Shown: positions 40,801 through 52,800 of the stretch, in pieces
Position numbering within the stretch: position 1 is the stretch's first letter
How the letters are laid out: each line of letters begins with the position of its first letter
NCBI RefSeq assembly: GCF_009914755.1
Contig: NC_060930.1
Reading direction: 5' to 3' (one strand)
Origin: the human T2T-CHM13v2.0 reference genome, Homo sapiens
Length of the DNA: 64,000 nucleotides
Position numbers and translations under genes: made by a program
Notes under the pieces: model-generated
What the model was told of the DNA's origin: nothing
The model's database searches: none
Seen by the model: the letters and a program-made list of their open reading frames with translations, nothing else

Positions 40801-43800
40801 CTCTCTTTGTAAAGTCTACAAGTGGATATTTTGAGCCCTTGGAGGCATTCTTTGGAAAAGGGAATGTCTTCACATAAAAGGCAGACGGAAGTGTTCTCAG
40901 AAACTGCTTTGTGATGTCTGTGTTCAACTCACAGAGTTTAACATTTCCTTTGATAGAGCGGTTTAGTAACCCTCTCTTTGTAGAATTTGGAAGTGTATAC
41001 TAAGAGCGCTTTGAGGCCTATGGTAGAAAAGGAAATATCTTTCCATAAAAGCTAGACAGAAGCAATCTCAGAAACTCCTCTGCGATGTCTGCATTCAACT
41101 CACCGAGTGGAACATTCCTCTTGAGAGAGCAGTTTGGAAACACTCTTTCTGTAGAATCAGCTTGTTTGTATTTGGACCTCCTTGAGGCCTTCGTTGGAAA
41201 CGGGTTTTCATCTTATAAACCCAGACAGAAGAATTCTCAGAGTCTTCTTTGTGATGTGTGCTTTCAACTCACCGAGATAAAGATTTCTCTTGATAGAGCA
41301 ATTTGGAAACACTCTTTTTGTAGAATTTGCAAGGGTACATTGAGAGCGCTTTCAGGCCTATGGTAGAAAAGGGAATATCTTTCCATAAAAGGTAGACAGA
41401 AGCAATCTCAGAAACTACTTTGTGATGTGTGCATTCAACTCACCGAGTGCAACGTTCCTCTTGACCGAGCAGTTTGGAAACATTGTTTCTGTAGAATCTG
41501 CAAGTGGATATTTGGACCTCTTTGAGGCCTTCGTTGGAAACGGGATTTCTTCCTATAACCCCAGACAGAAGAATTCTCAGAGACTTCTTTGTGATGTGTG
41601 AATTCAACTCACAGTGTGGATCCTTCCTTTTGATAGAGCAGTTTTGAAACCCTGTTTTTGTAGTATTTCCAAGCGGATATTTGGAACGCCTTGAAGCGTA
41701 TGGTAGAAAAGGAAATATCTTCCCATAAAACCTAGACAGAACCAATCTCAGAAACGACTTTGTGATGTCTGCATTCAAGTCACAGAGTTGAACATTTCTC
41801 TTGATAGAGCAGTTTTGAAACCCTCTTTCTGAAGGATCTGCAAGTGGATATTTGGAACTCCTTTGGGTCTTCGTTGGAAACGGGATTTCTTCGTATAAAT
41901 CTAGACAGAAGAATTCTCCGAAACTTCTTTGGTTGTGTGCATTCAAGTCACAGAGTGGAACCTTCCTTTGGATAGAGCAGTTTGAAACGCCGTGGTTGTA
42001 GTATTTCCAAGCGGATATTAGAGCGCCTTGAGGCCTATGGTAGAAAAGGAAATATCTTCCCATAAAACCTAGACGGAAGCAATCTCAGAAACTACTGTGT
42101 GATGGCTGCATTCCACACACACGGTGGAACATTTCTCTTGATAGAGCAGTTTTGAAACACTCTTTCTGTAGAATCTGCAAGTGGATAATTGGACCGCCTT
42201 GAGGCCTTCGTTGGAAACGGGATTTCTTCATGTTACTCTAGATAGAAGAATTCTCAAACACTGCTATGTGATGTTTGCATTCAAGTCACAGAGTGCAACA
42301 TTCCTCTTGGTAGAGCAGTTGGGAAACACTCCTTTTGTAGAATCTGCAATGGGATATTTGGACTTCTTTGAGGCCTTCGTTGGAAACGGGATTTCTTCGT
42401 ATGAATCTAGACAGAAGAATTCTCAGAAACTTCCTTGTGATGTGTGCATTCAACTCAGCGAGTGGCACCTTCCTTTGGATACAGCAGTTTTGAAACACTG
42501 TTTTTGTAGTATTTCCAAGCGGATATTTAGAGCGCCTTGAAGCCTATGCTAGAAATGGAAATATCTCCCCATAAAACCAAGACAGAAGCAATCTCAGAAA
42601 CTAATGTGTGATGGCTGCATTCCACACACACAGTGGACCATTTCTCTTGATAGAGCAGTTTTGAAACACTCTTTCTGTAGAATCTGCAAGTGGATAATTG
42701 GACCTCCTAGAGGCCTTCGTTGGAAACGGGATTTCTTCATCTAAACCTACAGAGAAGAATTCTCAGTAACTTCTTCGGATGTGTGCATTCGACGCACAGA
42801 ATGGAACATTCCCTTTGATAGAGCAGTTTTGAGACACCGTTTTTGTAGAATTCCCAAGTGGATATTTAGAGCACTTTGAAGTCTCTGCTAGAAAAGGAAA
42901 CATCTTCATGTAAAAAGTAGATAGAATCGTTCTCAGAAAGTGCTTAGTGACGTGTGCGTTCAACTCACAGAGTTTAACGTTTCTTTTGATAGAGCGTTTC
43001 TGAAACACCCTTCTTGTAGTAGCTGCAAGTGGATATTTGGACCTATTGGAGGCCTTCTTTGGAAACGGGATTTCTTCATGTAACTCTAGATTGAAGAATT
43101 CTCAGAAACTCCTTTGTGATGTGTGCATTCAATTCAAAGAGTGAAACCTCCCTTTTCACAGAGCAGTTTTGAAACACTGTTTTTGTAGGATTTCCAAGGG
43201 GATATTTATAGCGCATTGAGCCTACGGCGGAAAAAGAAACATCTTCCTATAAAAACTAGACAGAATACTTCTCAGAATCTGCTTTGCGATGTGTGCGTTC
43301 AACTCACAGAGTAAAACTTTTCTTTTGATAGAGCAGTTTTGAAACACTCTTTTTGTAGTATTTGCATGTGTATATTTAGAGCGCATTGAAGCCCACAGTA
43401 GAAAAGGAAATAACTTCACCTAAAACCTAGACAGAAGCAATCTCAGAAACTACTTTGTGATGTGTACATTCAACTCACAGAGTGGAACTTTCCTCTTTAT
43501 AGAGCAGTGTTGAAACACTCTTTTTGTAGAAACTGCAAGTGGATATTTGGACCTCTTTGAGGCCTTCGTTGGAAACGGGATTTCTTCCTATAACCCTAGA
43601 CAGAAGAATTTTCAGAAACCTCATTGTGATGTGTGCGTTCATCTCACAGAGTGGAGTCTTCCGTTTGATAGAGAAGTTTTGAAACCCTGTTCTTGTAGGA
43701 TTTCCAAGTGGATATTTAGACCACTTTGAAGCCTATGATAGAAAAGGAAACATCTTCATGGAAAACATAGATAGAATCATCCTCAGAAACAACTTTGTGA

Positions 43801-46800
43801 TGTGTGCGTTGAACTCACCGTCTTTAACCTTTCTTTTGGTAGAGAAGTTTTGAAACACTCTCTTTGTAAAGTCTACAAGTGGATATTTTGAGCCCTTGGA
43901 GGCATTCTTTGGAAAAGGGAATGTCTTCACATAAAAGGCAGACGGAAGTGTTCTCAGAAACTGCTTTGTGATGTCTGTGTTCAACTCACAGAGTTTAACA
44001 TTTCCTTTGATAGAGCGGTTTAGTAACCCTCTCTTTGTAGAATTTGGAAGTGTATACTAAGAGCGCTTTGAGGCCTATGGTAGAAAAGGAAATATCTTTC
44101 CATAAAAGCTAGACAGAAGCAATCTCAGAAACTCCTCTGTGATGTCTGCATTCAACTCACCGAGTGGAACATTCCTCTTGAGAGAGCAGTTTGGAAACAC
44201 TCTTTCTGTAGAATCAGCTTGTTTGTATTTGGACCTCCTTGAGGCCTTCGTTGGAAACGGGTTTTCATCTTATAAACCCAGACAGAAGAATTCTCAGAGT
44301 CTTCTTTGTGATGTGTGCTTTCAACTCACCGAGATAAAGATTTCTCTTGATAGAGCAATTTGGAAACACTCTTTTTGTAGAATTTGCAAGGGTACATTGA
44401 GAGCGCTTTCAGGCCTATGGTAGAAAAGGGAATATCTTTCCATAAAAGGTAGACAGAAGCAATCTCAGAAACTACTTTGTGATGTGTGCATTCAACTCAC
44501 CGAGTGCAACGTTCCTCTTGACCGAGCAGTTTGGAAACATTGTTTCTGTAGAATCTGCAAGTGGATATTTGGACCTCTTTGAGGCCTTCGTTGGAAACGG
44601 GATTTCTTCCTATAAACCCAGACAGAAGAATTCTCAGAGACTTCTTTGTGATGTGTGAATTCAACTCACAGTGTGGATCCTTCCTTTTGATAGAGCAGTT
44701 TTGAAACCCTGTTTTTGTAGTATTTCCAAGCGGATATTTGGAACGCCTTGAAGCGTATGGTAGAAAAGGAAATATCTTCCCATAAAACCTAGACAGAACC
44801 AATCTCAGAAACGACTTTGTGATGTCTGCATTCAAGTCACAGAGTTGAACATTTCTCTTGATAGAGCAGTTTTGAAACCCTCTTTCTGAAGGATCTGCAA
44901 GTGGATATTTGGAACTCCTTTGGGTCTTCGTTGGAAACGGGATTTCTTCGTATAAATCTAGACAGAAGAATTCTCCGAAACTTCTTTGGTTGTGTGCATT
45001 CAAGTCACAGAGTGGAACCTTCCTTTGGATAGAGCAGTTTGAAACGCCGTGGTTGTAGTATTTCCAAGCGGATATTAGAGCGCCTTGAGGCCTATGGTAG
45101 AAAAGGAAATATCTTCCCATAAAACCTAGACGGAAGCAATCTCAGAAACTACTGTGTGATGGCTGCATTCCACACACACGGTGGAACATTTCTCTTGATA
45201 GAGCAGTTTTGAAACACTCTTTCTGTAGAATCTGCAAGTGGATAATTGGACCGCCTTGAGGCCTTCGTTGGAAACGGGATTTCTTCATGTTACTCTAGAT
45301 AGAAGAATTCTCAAACACTGCTATGTGATGTTTGCATTCAAGTCACAGAGTGCAACATTCCTCTTGGTAGAGCAGTTGGGAAACACTCCTTTTGTAGAAT
45401 CTGCAATGGGATATTTGGACTTCTTTGAGGCCTTCGTTGGAAACGGGATTTCTTCGTATGAATCTAGACAGAAGAATTCTCAGAAACTTCCTTGTGATGT
45501 GTGCATTCAACTCAGCGAGTGGCACCTTCCTTTGGATACAGCAGTTTTGAAACACTGTTTTTGTAGTATTTCCAAGCGGATATTTAGAGCGCCTTGAAGC
45601 CTATGCTAGAAATGGAAATATCTCCCCATAAAACCAAGACAGAAGCAATCTCAGAAACTAATGTGTGATGGCTGCATTCCACACACACGGTGGACCATTT
45701 CTCTTGATAGAGCAGTTTTGAAACACTCTTTCTGTAGAATCTGCAAGTGGATAATTGGACCTCCTAGAGGCCTTCGTTGGAAACGGGATTTCTTCATCTA
45801 AACCTACAGAGAAGAATTCTCAGTAACTTCTTCGGATGTGTGCATTCGACGCACAGAATGGAACATTCCCTTTGATAGAGCAGTTTTGAGACACCGTTTT
45901 TGTAGAATTCCCAAGTGGATATTTAGAGCACTTTGAAGTCTCTGCTAGAAAAGGAAACATCTTCATGTAAAAAGTAGATAGAATCGTTCTCAGAAAGTGC
46001 TTAGTGACGTGTGCGTTCAACTCACAGAGTTTAACGTTTCTTTTGATAGAGCGTTTCTGAAACACCCTTCTTGTAGTAGCTGCAAGTGGATATTTGGACC
46101 TATTGGAGGCCTTCTTTGGAAACGGGATTTCTTCATGTAACTCTAGATTGAAGAATTCTCAGAAACTCCTTTGTGATGTGTGCATTCAATTCAAAGAGTG
46201 AAACCTCCCTTTTCACAGAGCAGTTTTGAAACACTGTTTTTGTAGGATTTCCAAGGGGATATTTATAGCGCATTGAGCCTACGGCGGAAAAAGAAACATC
46301 TTCCTATAAAAACTAGACAGAATACTTCTCAGAATCTGCTTTGCGATGTGTGCGTTCAACTCACAGAGTAAAACTTTTCTTTTGATAGAGCAGTTTTGAA
46401 ACACTCTTTTTGTAGTATTTGCATGTGTATATTTAGAGCGCATTGAAGCCCACAGTAGAAAAGGAAATAACTTCACCTAAAACCTAGACAGAAGCAATCT
46501 CAGAAACTACTTTGTGATGTGTACATTCAACTCACAGAGTGGAACTTTCCTCTTTATAGAGCAGTGTTGAAACACTCTTTTTGTAGAAACTGCAAGTGGA
46601 TATTTGGACCTCTTTGAGGCCTTCGTTGGAAACGGGATTTCTTCCTATAACCCTAGACAGAAGAATTTTCAGAAACCTCATTGTGATGTGTGCGTTCATC
46701 TCACAGAGTGGAGTCTTCCGTTTGATAGAGAAGTTTTGAAACCCTGTTCTTGTAGGATTTCCAAGTGGATATTTAGACCACTTTGAAGCCTATGATAGAA

Positions 46801-49800
46801 AAGGAAACATCTTCATGGAAAACATAGATAGAATCATCCTCAGAAACAACTTTGTGATGTGTGCGTTGAACTCACCGTCTTTAACCTTTCTTTTGGTAGA
46901 GAAGTTTTGAAACACTCTCTTTGTAAAGTCTACAAGTGGATATTTTGAGCCCTTGGAGGCATTCTTTGGAAAAGGGAATGTCTTCACATAAAAGGCAGAC
47001 GGAAGTGTTCTCAGAAACTGCTTTGTGATGTCTGTGTTCAACTCACAGAGTTTAACATTTCCTTTGATAGAGCGGTTTAGTAACCCTCTCTTTGTAGAAT
47101 TTGGAAGTGTATACTAAGAGCGCTTTGAGGCCTATGGTAGAAAAGGAAATATCTTTCCATAAAAGCTAGACAGAAGCAATCTCAGAAACTCCTCTGCGAT
47201 GTCTGCATTCAACTCACCGAGTGGAACATTCCTCTTGAGAGAGCAGTTTGGAAACACTCTTTCTGTAGAATCAGCTTGTTTGTATTTGGACCTCCTTGAG
47301 GCCTTCGTTGGAAACGGGTTTTCATCTTATAAACCCAGACAGAAGAATTCTCAGAGTCTTCTTTGTGATGTGTGCTTTCAACTCACCGAGATAAAGATTT
47401 CTCTTGATAGAGCAATTTGGAAACACTCTTTTTGTAGAATTTGCAAGGGTACATTGAGAGCGCTTTGAGGCCTATGGTAGAAAAGGGAATATCTTTCCAT
47501 AAAAGGTAGACAGAAGCAATCTCAGAAACTACTTTGTGATGTGTGCATTCAACTCACCGAGTGCAACGTTCCTCTTGACCGAGCAGTTTGGAAACATTGT
47601 TTCTGTAGAATCTGCAAGTGGATATTTGGACCTCTTTGAGGCCTTCGTTGGAAACGGGATTTCTTCCTATAAACCCAGACAGAAGAATTCTCAGAGACTT
47701 CTTTGTGATGTGTGAATTCAACTCACAGTGTGGATCCTTCCTTTTGATAGAGCAGTTTTGAAACCCTGTTTTTGTAGTATTTCCAAGCGGATATTTGGAA
47801 CGCCTTGAAGCGTATGGTAGAAAAGGAAATATCTTCCCATAAAACCTAGACAGAACCAATCTCAGAAACGACTTTGTGATGTCTGCATTCAAGTCACAGA
47901 GTTGAACATTTCTCTTGATAGAGCAGTTTTGAAACCCTCTTTCTGAAGGATCTGCAAGTGGATATTTGGAACTCCTTTGGGTCTTCGTTGGAAACGGGAT
48001 TTCTTCGTATAAATCTAGACAGAAGAATTCTCCGAAACTTCTTTGGTTGTGTGCATTCAAGTCACAGAGTGGAACCTTCCTTTGGATAGAGCAGTTTGAA
48101 ACGCCGTGGTTGTAGTATTTCCAAGCGGATATTAGAGCGCCTTGAGGCCTATGGTAGAAAAGGAAATATCTTCCCATAAAACCTAGACGGAAGCAATCTC
48201 AGAAACTACTGTGTGATGGCTGCATTCCACACACACGGTGGAACATTTCTCTTGATAGAGCAGTTTTGAAACACTCTTTCTGTAGAATCTGCAAGTGGAT
48301 AATTGGACCGCCTTGAGGCCTTCGTTGGAAACGGGATTTCTTCATGTTACTCTAGATAGAAGAATTCTCAAACACTGCTATGTGATGTTTGCATTCAAGT
48401 CACAGAGTGCAACATTCCTCTTGGTAGAGCAGTTGGGAAACACTCCTTTTGTAGAATCTGCAATGGGATATTTGGACTTCTTTGAGGCCTTCGTTGGAAA
48501 CGGGATTTCTTCGTATGAATCTAGACAGAAGAATTCTCAGAAACTTCCTTGTGATGTGTGCATTCAACTCAGCGAGTGGCACCTTCCTTTGGATACAGCA
48601 GTTTTGAAACACTGTTTTTGTAGTATTTCCAAGCGGATATTTAGAGCGCCTTGAAGCCTATGCTAGAAATGGAAATATCTCCCCATAAAACCAAGACAGA
48701 AGCAATCTCAGAAACTAATGTGTGATGGCTGCATTCCACACACACAGTGGACCATTTCTCTTGATAGAGCAGTTTTGAAACACTCTTTCTGTAGAATCTG
48801 CAAGTGGATAATTGGACCTCCTAGAGGCCTTCGTTGGAAACGGGATTTCTTCATCTAAACCTACAGAGAAGAATTCTCAGTAACTTCTTCGGATGTGTGC
48901 ATTCGACTCACAGAATGGAACATTCCCTTTGATAGAGCAGTTTTGAGACACCGTTTTTGTAGAATTCCCAAGTGGATATTTAGAGCACTTTGAAGTCTCT
49001 GCTAGAAAAGGAAACATCTTCATGTAAAAAGTAGATAGAATCGTTCTCAGAAAGTGCTTAGTGACGTGTGCGTTCAACTCACAGAGTTTAACGTTTCTTT
49101 TGATAGAGCGTTTCTGAAACACCCTTCTTGTAGTAGCTGCAAGTGGATATTTGGACCTATTGGAGGCCTTCTTTGGAAACGGGATTTCTTCATGTAACTC
49201 TAGATTGAAGAATTCTCAGAAACTCCTTTGTGATGTGTGCATTCAATTCAAAGAGTGAAACCTCCCTTTTCACAGAGCAGTTTTGAAACACTGTTTTTGT
49301 AGGATTTCCAAGGGGATATTTATAGCGCATTGAGCCTACGGCGGAAAAAGAAACATCTTCCTATAAAAACTAGACAGAATACTTCTCAGAATCTGCTTTG
49401 CGATGTGTGCGTTCAACTCACAGAGTAAAACTTTTCTTTTGATAGAGCAGTTTTGAAACACTCTTTTTGTAGTATTTGCATGTGTATATTTAGAGCGCAT
49501 TGAAGCCCACAGTAGAAAAGGAAATAACTTCACCTAAAACCTAGACAGAAGCAATCTCAGAAACTACTTTGTGATGTGTACATTCAACTCACAGAGTGGA
49601 ACTTTCCTCTTTATAGAGCAGTGTTGAAACACTCTTTTTGTAGAAACTGCAAGTGGATATTTGGACCTCTTTGAGGCCTTCGTTGGAAACGGGATTTCTT
49701 CCTATAACCCTAGACAGAAGAATTTTCAGAAACCTCATTGTGATGTGTGCGTTCATCTCACAGAGTGGAGTCTTCCGTTTGATAGAGAAGTTTTGAAACC

Positions 49801-52800
49801 CTGTTCTTGTAGGATTTCCAAGTGGATATTTAGACCACTTTGAAGCCTATGATAGAAAAGGAAACATCTTCATGGAAAACATAGATAGAATCATCCTCAG
49901 AAACAACTTTGTGATGTGTGCGTTGAACTCACCGTCTTTAACCTTTCTTTTGGTAGAGAAGTTTTGAAACACTCTCTTTGTAAAGTCTACAAGTGGATAT
50001 TTTGAGCCCTTGGAGGCATTCTTTGGAAAAGGGAATGTCTTCACATAAAAGGCAGACGGAAGTGTTCTCAGAAACTGCTTTGTGATGTCTGTGTTCAACT
50101 CACAGAGTTTAACATTTCCTTTGATAGAGCGGTTTAGTAACCCTCTCTTTGTAGAATTTGGAAGTGTATACTAAGAGCGCTTTGAGGCCTATGGTAGAAA
50201 AGGAAATATCTTTCCATAAAAGCTAGACAGAAGCAATCTCAGAAACTCCTCTGTGATGTCTGCATTCAACTCACCGAGTGGAACATTCCTCTTGAGAGAG
50301 CAGTTTGGAAACACTCTTTCTGTAGAATCAGCTTGTTTGTATTTGGACCTCCTTGAGGCCTTCGTTGGAAACGGGTTTTCATCTTATAAACCCAGACAGA
50401 AGAATTCTCAGAGTCTTCTTTGTGATGTGTGCTTTCAACTCACCGAGATAAAGATTTCTCTTGATAGAGCAATTTGGAAACACTCTTTTTGTAGAATTTG
50501 CAAGGGTACATTGAGAGCGCTTTCAGGCCTATGGTAGAAAAGGGAATATCTTTCCATAAAAGGTAGACAGAAGCAATCTCAGAAACTACTTTGTGATGTG
50601 TGCATTCAACTCACCGAGTGCAACGTTCCTCTTGACCGAGCAGTTTGGAAACATTGTTTCTGTAGAATCTGCAAGTGGATATTTGGACCTCTTTGAGGCC
50701 TTCGTTGGAAACGGGATTTCTTCCTATAACCCCAGACAGAAGAATTCTCAGAGACTTCTTTGTGATGTGTGAATTCAACTCACAGTGTGGATCCTTCCTT
50801 TTGATAGAGCAGTTTTGAAACCCTGTTTTTGTAGTATTTCCAAGCGGATATTTGGAACGCCTTGAAGCGTATGGTAGAAAAGGAAATATCTTCCCATAAA
50901 ACCTAGACAGAACCAATCTCAGAAACGACTTTGTGATGTCTGCATTCAAGTCACAGAGTTGAACATTTCTCTTGATAGAGCAGTTTTGAAACCCTCTTTC
51001 TGAAGGATCTGCAAATGGATATTTGGAACTCCTTTGGGTCTTCGTTGGAAACGGGATTTCTTCGTATAAATCTAGACAGAATTATTCTCCGAAACTTCTT
51101 TGGTTGTGTGCATTCAAGTCACAGAGTGGAACCTTCCTTTGGATAGAGCAGTTTGAAACGCCGTGGTTGTAGTATTTCCAAGCGGATATTAGAGCGCCTT
51201 GAGGCCTATGGTAGAAAAGGAAATATCTTCCCATAAAACCTAGACGGAAGCAATCTCAGAAACTACTGTGTGATGGCTGCATTCCACACACACGGTGGAA
51301 CATTTCTCTTGATAGAGCAGTTTTGAAACACTCTTTCTGTAGAATCTGCAAGTGGATAATTGGACCGCCTTGAGGCCTTCGTTGGAAACGGGATTTCTTC
51401 ATGTTACTCTAGATAGAAGAATTCTCAAACACTGCTATGTGATGTTTGCATTCAAGTCACAGAGTGCAACATTCCTCTTGGTAGAGCAGTTGGGAAACAC
51501 TCCTTTTGTAGAATCTGCAATGGGATATTTGGACTTCTTTGAGGCCTTCGTTGGAAACGGGATTTCTTCGTATGAATCTAGACAGAAGAATTCTCAGAAA
51601 CTTCCTTGTGATGTGTGCATTCAACTCAGCGAGTGGCACCTTCCTTTGGATACAGCAGTTTTGAAACACTGTTTTTGTAGTATTTCCAAGCGGATATTTA
51701 GAGCGCCTTGAAGCCTATGCTAGAAATGGAAATATCTCCCCATAAAACCAAGACAGAAGCAATCTCAGAAACTAATGTGTGATGGCTGCATTCCACACAC
51801 ACGGTGGACCATTTCTCTTGATAGAGCAGTTTTGAAACACTCTTTCTGTAGAATCTGCAAGTGGATAATTGGACCTCCTAGAGGCCTTCGTTGGAAACGG
51901 GATTTCTTCATCTAAACCTACAGAGAAGAATTCTCAGTAACTTCTTCGGATGTGTGCATTCGACGCACAGAATGGAACATTCCCTTTGATAGAGCAGTTT
52001 TGAGACACCGTTTTTGTAGAATTCCCAAGTGGATATTTAGAGCACTTTGAAGTCTCTGCTAGAAAAGGAAACATCTTCATGTAAAAAGTAGATAGAATCG
52101 TTCTCAGAAAGTGCTTAGTGACGTGTGCGTTCAACTCACAGAGTTTAACGTTTCTTTTGATAGAGCGTTTCTGAAACACCCTTCTTGTAGTAGCTGCAAG
52201 TGGATATTTGGACCTATTGGAGGCCTTCTTTGGAAACGGGATTTCTTCATGTAACTCTAGATTGAAGAATTCTCAGAAACTCCTTTGTGATGTGTGCATT
52301 CAATTCAAAGAGTGAAACCTCCCTTTTCACAGAGCAGTTTTGAAACACTGTTTTTGTAGGATTTCCAAGGGGATATTTATAGCGCATTGAGCCTACGGCG
52401 GAAAAAGAAACATCTTCCTATAAAAACTAGACAGAATACTTCTCAGAATCTGCTTTGCGATGTGTGCGTTCAACTCACAGAGTAAAACTTTTCTTTTGAT
52501 AGAGCAGTTTTGAAACACTCTTTTTGTAGTATTTGCATGTGTATATTTAGAGCGCATTGAAGCCCACAGTAGAAAAGGAAATAACTTCACCTAAAACCTA
52601 GACAGAAGCAATCTCAGAAACTACTTTGTGATGTGTACATTCAACTCACAGAGTGGAACTTTCCTCTTTATAGAGCAGTGTTGAAACACTCTTTTTGTAG
52701 AAACTGCAAGTGGATATTTGGACCTCTTTGAGGCCTTCGTTGGAAACGGGATTTCTTCCTATAACCCTAGACAGAAGAATTTTCAGAAACCTCATTGTGA

